In this document: positions 61,544 to 64,000 of the stretch, piece after piece
How the letters are laid out: every line of letters starts with the position of its first letter
How positions within the stretch are numbered: position 1 is the stretch's first letter
Assembly: GCA_013265495.1 (NCBI GenBank)
Contig: MU058531.1
Location: 248,001-312,000 of the forward strand
Direction of reading: 5' to 3'
Origin: Vicugna vicugna
Lineage: Eukaryota
Length of the DNA: 64,000 nucleotides
The notes under the pieces: model-generated
Database searches by the model: none
What the model saw: only the letters and a program-made list of their open reading frames with translations
What the model was told of the DNA's origin: nothing
Made by a program: the position numbers and the translations under genes

Positions 61544-62227
61544 GCAAACTCGGATTTTTTCAAGAGAGGCTGCCCAGCAGTCCGTCCTTTTTGCCCTCAG
61601 ACCTGTTCCTCCAACCATTCCTTCTCTGCTCTGCAATGTGGGGGCTCACTTCTACAGGCTCTGGTTGCCTGACCCCCATGTCAGCTGGCTCTGCCTGGCT
61701 CCTGCCGAGGGGGCATTCAAGATGGGGGTCGGGGGAGAAAGGGTGAAGCCGGGGTATTTCTGACCTTGCCTCTCTGCCTTGGACAATGAATGCCTCCTGC
61801 AGCAGAAATATCTCTGCAAGGACCCCAGCTTTTGCAAAAAGGGCCGGTCCACTATGGGTCCAGCTTTCCCCGGGCGACTTTAGTCGACTTTTTGTCCCAT
61901 CTTTGTACATCTTCTCCCCCCGTCTCTGCCTCCTCCTCTCCCTCCAGCCTAGACATGAGACTTTCTCCAGTCTCATCCCTCAGGAAAGTTCTGGAGCACA
62001 AATTATGGAACAGAATTTGTTCCATCTTGAGGCAGGGGGTCAACTAACTCTACCCCTGTGTGTTAGTTATTGGTCAAGTATCCATACCACAGAACAGGCA
62101 TCCTTGTTTCAGCCAGATTTAAGCAGATGTGATTGTTTTAAACATATGACCTGGGATAAGGGAAGGTGAGGTCAGGGAGAAAAACTAGAAGGAGTTTTAC
62201 AGTTTTGTACTCACAGGACCTTGGGAA

Positions 62228-62732
62228 TGTCGACTGAAAAGAAAGCAAACGCACAACCTTACAGTCATGAATTATGTTTTATTAGGCGGATTTTCTGAGG
62301 ACTTCAAGCCCAGAGACAGCCTCTCAGATAGCTCTAGGGACTGCTCTGAAGAGTTATGGGAGGAGCCAGGATATACAGGAGTTTTTGCATCAAAAGCCAT
62401 GTACTCAGAACATCAAAAGATTACTGTTAATTGAAGAAAACCAGATATCTCAAGTTAAGGAATTTAGCAGGAAGATGCAAGAGTCTGGGCTCATTGAAAT
62501 CATTCCTTTGATGTGCACCTTAGCTGTCTAGGGCCAGTCTCCTTTCTTTCCCATCCTGGGTCCCCTCTGGGTGCCCTGTTGAGGCTGGCAGCAGTGGCTG
62601 AGGGCTTGGCAGTGGGCAGCCTGTTTGTCTCCATCCTGAGTTCCCTCAGGGTCACCTTTCCAGGCAGCTGTAGTGGCTTGATGGCTACAACATCCTGTTT
62701 ACTAATATGGCAGGTGACATTTTTCATTCACA
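62228..62732 (-). mobile_element. ERV1-type solo LTR nested in an older ERVL-type LTR (~62170-62960)
   Basis: TGTCGACTG...TTCATTCACA termini and minus-strand AATAAA at ~62278. The flanks (TACTCACAG... / ...GGCCACACAGGGAAATGCCAGGG...GCAGGGTAAGCAGGCTTAGG) look like one older LTR. Confidence 0.75.
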
Positions 62733-63673
62733 GGGGGAAGCAAACAGGCCACACAGGGAAATGCCAGGGTTGGTCATGCAGCAGAGGGCATGAGGGGAAC
62801 TGGAGATAAACGCCTTTGTTACGGTTTCTGCGGGAAGGAATGGGTGAGGCAGGGTAAGCAGGCTTAGGACTGGCTAATGTGAGTAATTTCAGAGGTGCTG
62901 TAGCCTAGGAGCTGCCCCTGGTTGTCTGGTACCTGGTCCTGGGGCCATTAGTGTGTATAGTGTATAGAGAGAAGGAGAACTACCTAGTTCTCCATCTTTG
63001 CCAAACTGCCGAGTGATGGTGCCAACATTTCTCACTCAGCAAACGGAGAGGTTGGAGGCAGCCAGTATTTTTCCCAGGCAAAGGTCAGGGCCAGGAGCAC
63101 ACGCTTGGCTACTCCATGGCTCGTCCTGTCACTTCTCCCAGCCGCACGGAGGTGAGGTGCACTCTGGACTTGACAGTTTTCCCCTTGGTATGAAACACAG
63201 CACATTTAGCCTAATGATCATTCTTGGAACATCTCCTTAAGAATGATCTTTTGCATTTCAGCACACCCAGAGTTGAGAATGACTAGCTTTGAGGTTAAAA
63301 AAAAAAGGATCACACATTTTTTTCTCCTTCACCCAGATTTGTTCAAAGTCCAGAAGCAGCAAACCATAGACAGTGAGCACTAAAAGGAGATTCATCTTAT
63401 TCCCTCTTCGGAAACAGGCTCAGAGAAATCAAGAGACCTGCTAAAGTCATGCAGCTAGTTTGGTGACAGAGTCAGAACTAGGATCCGGATCCCTGTATTG
63501 CCTTGCTAGCGGCTGGAGGCTCCTGTAAACCAGTTGTCGCATTTTATAACACACCAAAGAAATCAAGCTCAAGACATACCTAGAATTGCAAATATGAAGG
63601 TTGCTAAGGCTTAGCTTTATTTGTTAAAGGCTATGAGAGGGACCTTTCCCTGCCCAGTTTCTCTGGGTGAGGG

Positions 63674-64000
63674 TGTTACTGAGTCCAGACTTGTTCTGCT
63701 CACCACACGACAGGCCAATAAATCGGGAGACCAAGTGCAGGGGCATGGAGTAACGACTTTATTCAGAGAGCCAGCAGACCAAGAAGATGGCAGACTAATG
63801 TCCTGGAGAACCATCTTCCCAAGTCAGAATTCAGGCTCCTTTTATACCAAAAAGGGGAGAGGATGTGGCTGGTTGTGGCAAACTTCTTGGTGTTGGAGTC
63901 CTTTGACTTTGCAGCTGTTCACTTAGGTCAGGTTATGATGTTCCTGTAAACCTTCAATGAGACAAAGGTTATTCTCTGTTCTGCAAACTTTTTCTCTCTC
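63674..64000 (-). mobile_element. ERV1-type LTR running off the window edge
   Basis: Begins TGTTACTGAGTCCAG, with minus-strand AATAAA (ACTTTATTC ~63757). Confidence 0.75.

Noticed and set aside
1..64000. Strand bias of LTRs indicating a host gene or piRNA cluster
   Set aside because: Roughly 8 minus versus 5 plus ERV1-like LTRs is too even and too few to support a bias.

Overview
This is mammalian genomic DNA, very probably from a camelid, since it carries two copies of a tRNA-derived SINE matching the camelid Vic-1 type plus young artiodactyl-type L1 3' ends. I recognise no intact protein-coding exon; the window looks like repeat-rich intergenic or deep intronic sequence. Gene-derived sequence is limited to two decayed processed pseudogenes on the minus strand: a near full-length MARK2 retrocopy (~27.4-30.65 kb, split near its 3' end by a solo LTR) and an RPL29 retrocopy (~35.7-36.1 kb). 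The rest is layered mobile DNA: many ERV solo LTRs (six with readable 4-bp target-site duplications, TSDs), a 4.9-kb 5'-truncated L1 inserted into an L2, MaLR, L2, MIR and hAT relics, very old CR1/L3 fragments and an isolated ERV-L RT fragment. Candidate regulatory elements include a near-consensus CTCF site, an LTR with a phased CCAAT array and two octamers, a CpG-dense patch inside an old L1, and AP-1/TEAD/NFI motif clusters. I cannot demonstrate a new biological system. The best leads are an LTR positioned to transcribe the MARK2 pseudogene antisense, the non-canonical 5' leader of that retrocopy, and the local CpG retention. Repeat family names come from recalled consensus similarity, not a database search, and boundaries without TSDs are approximate.
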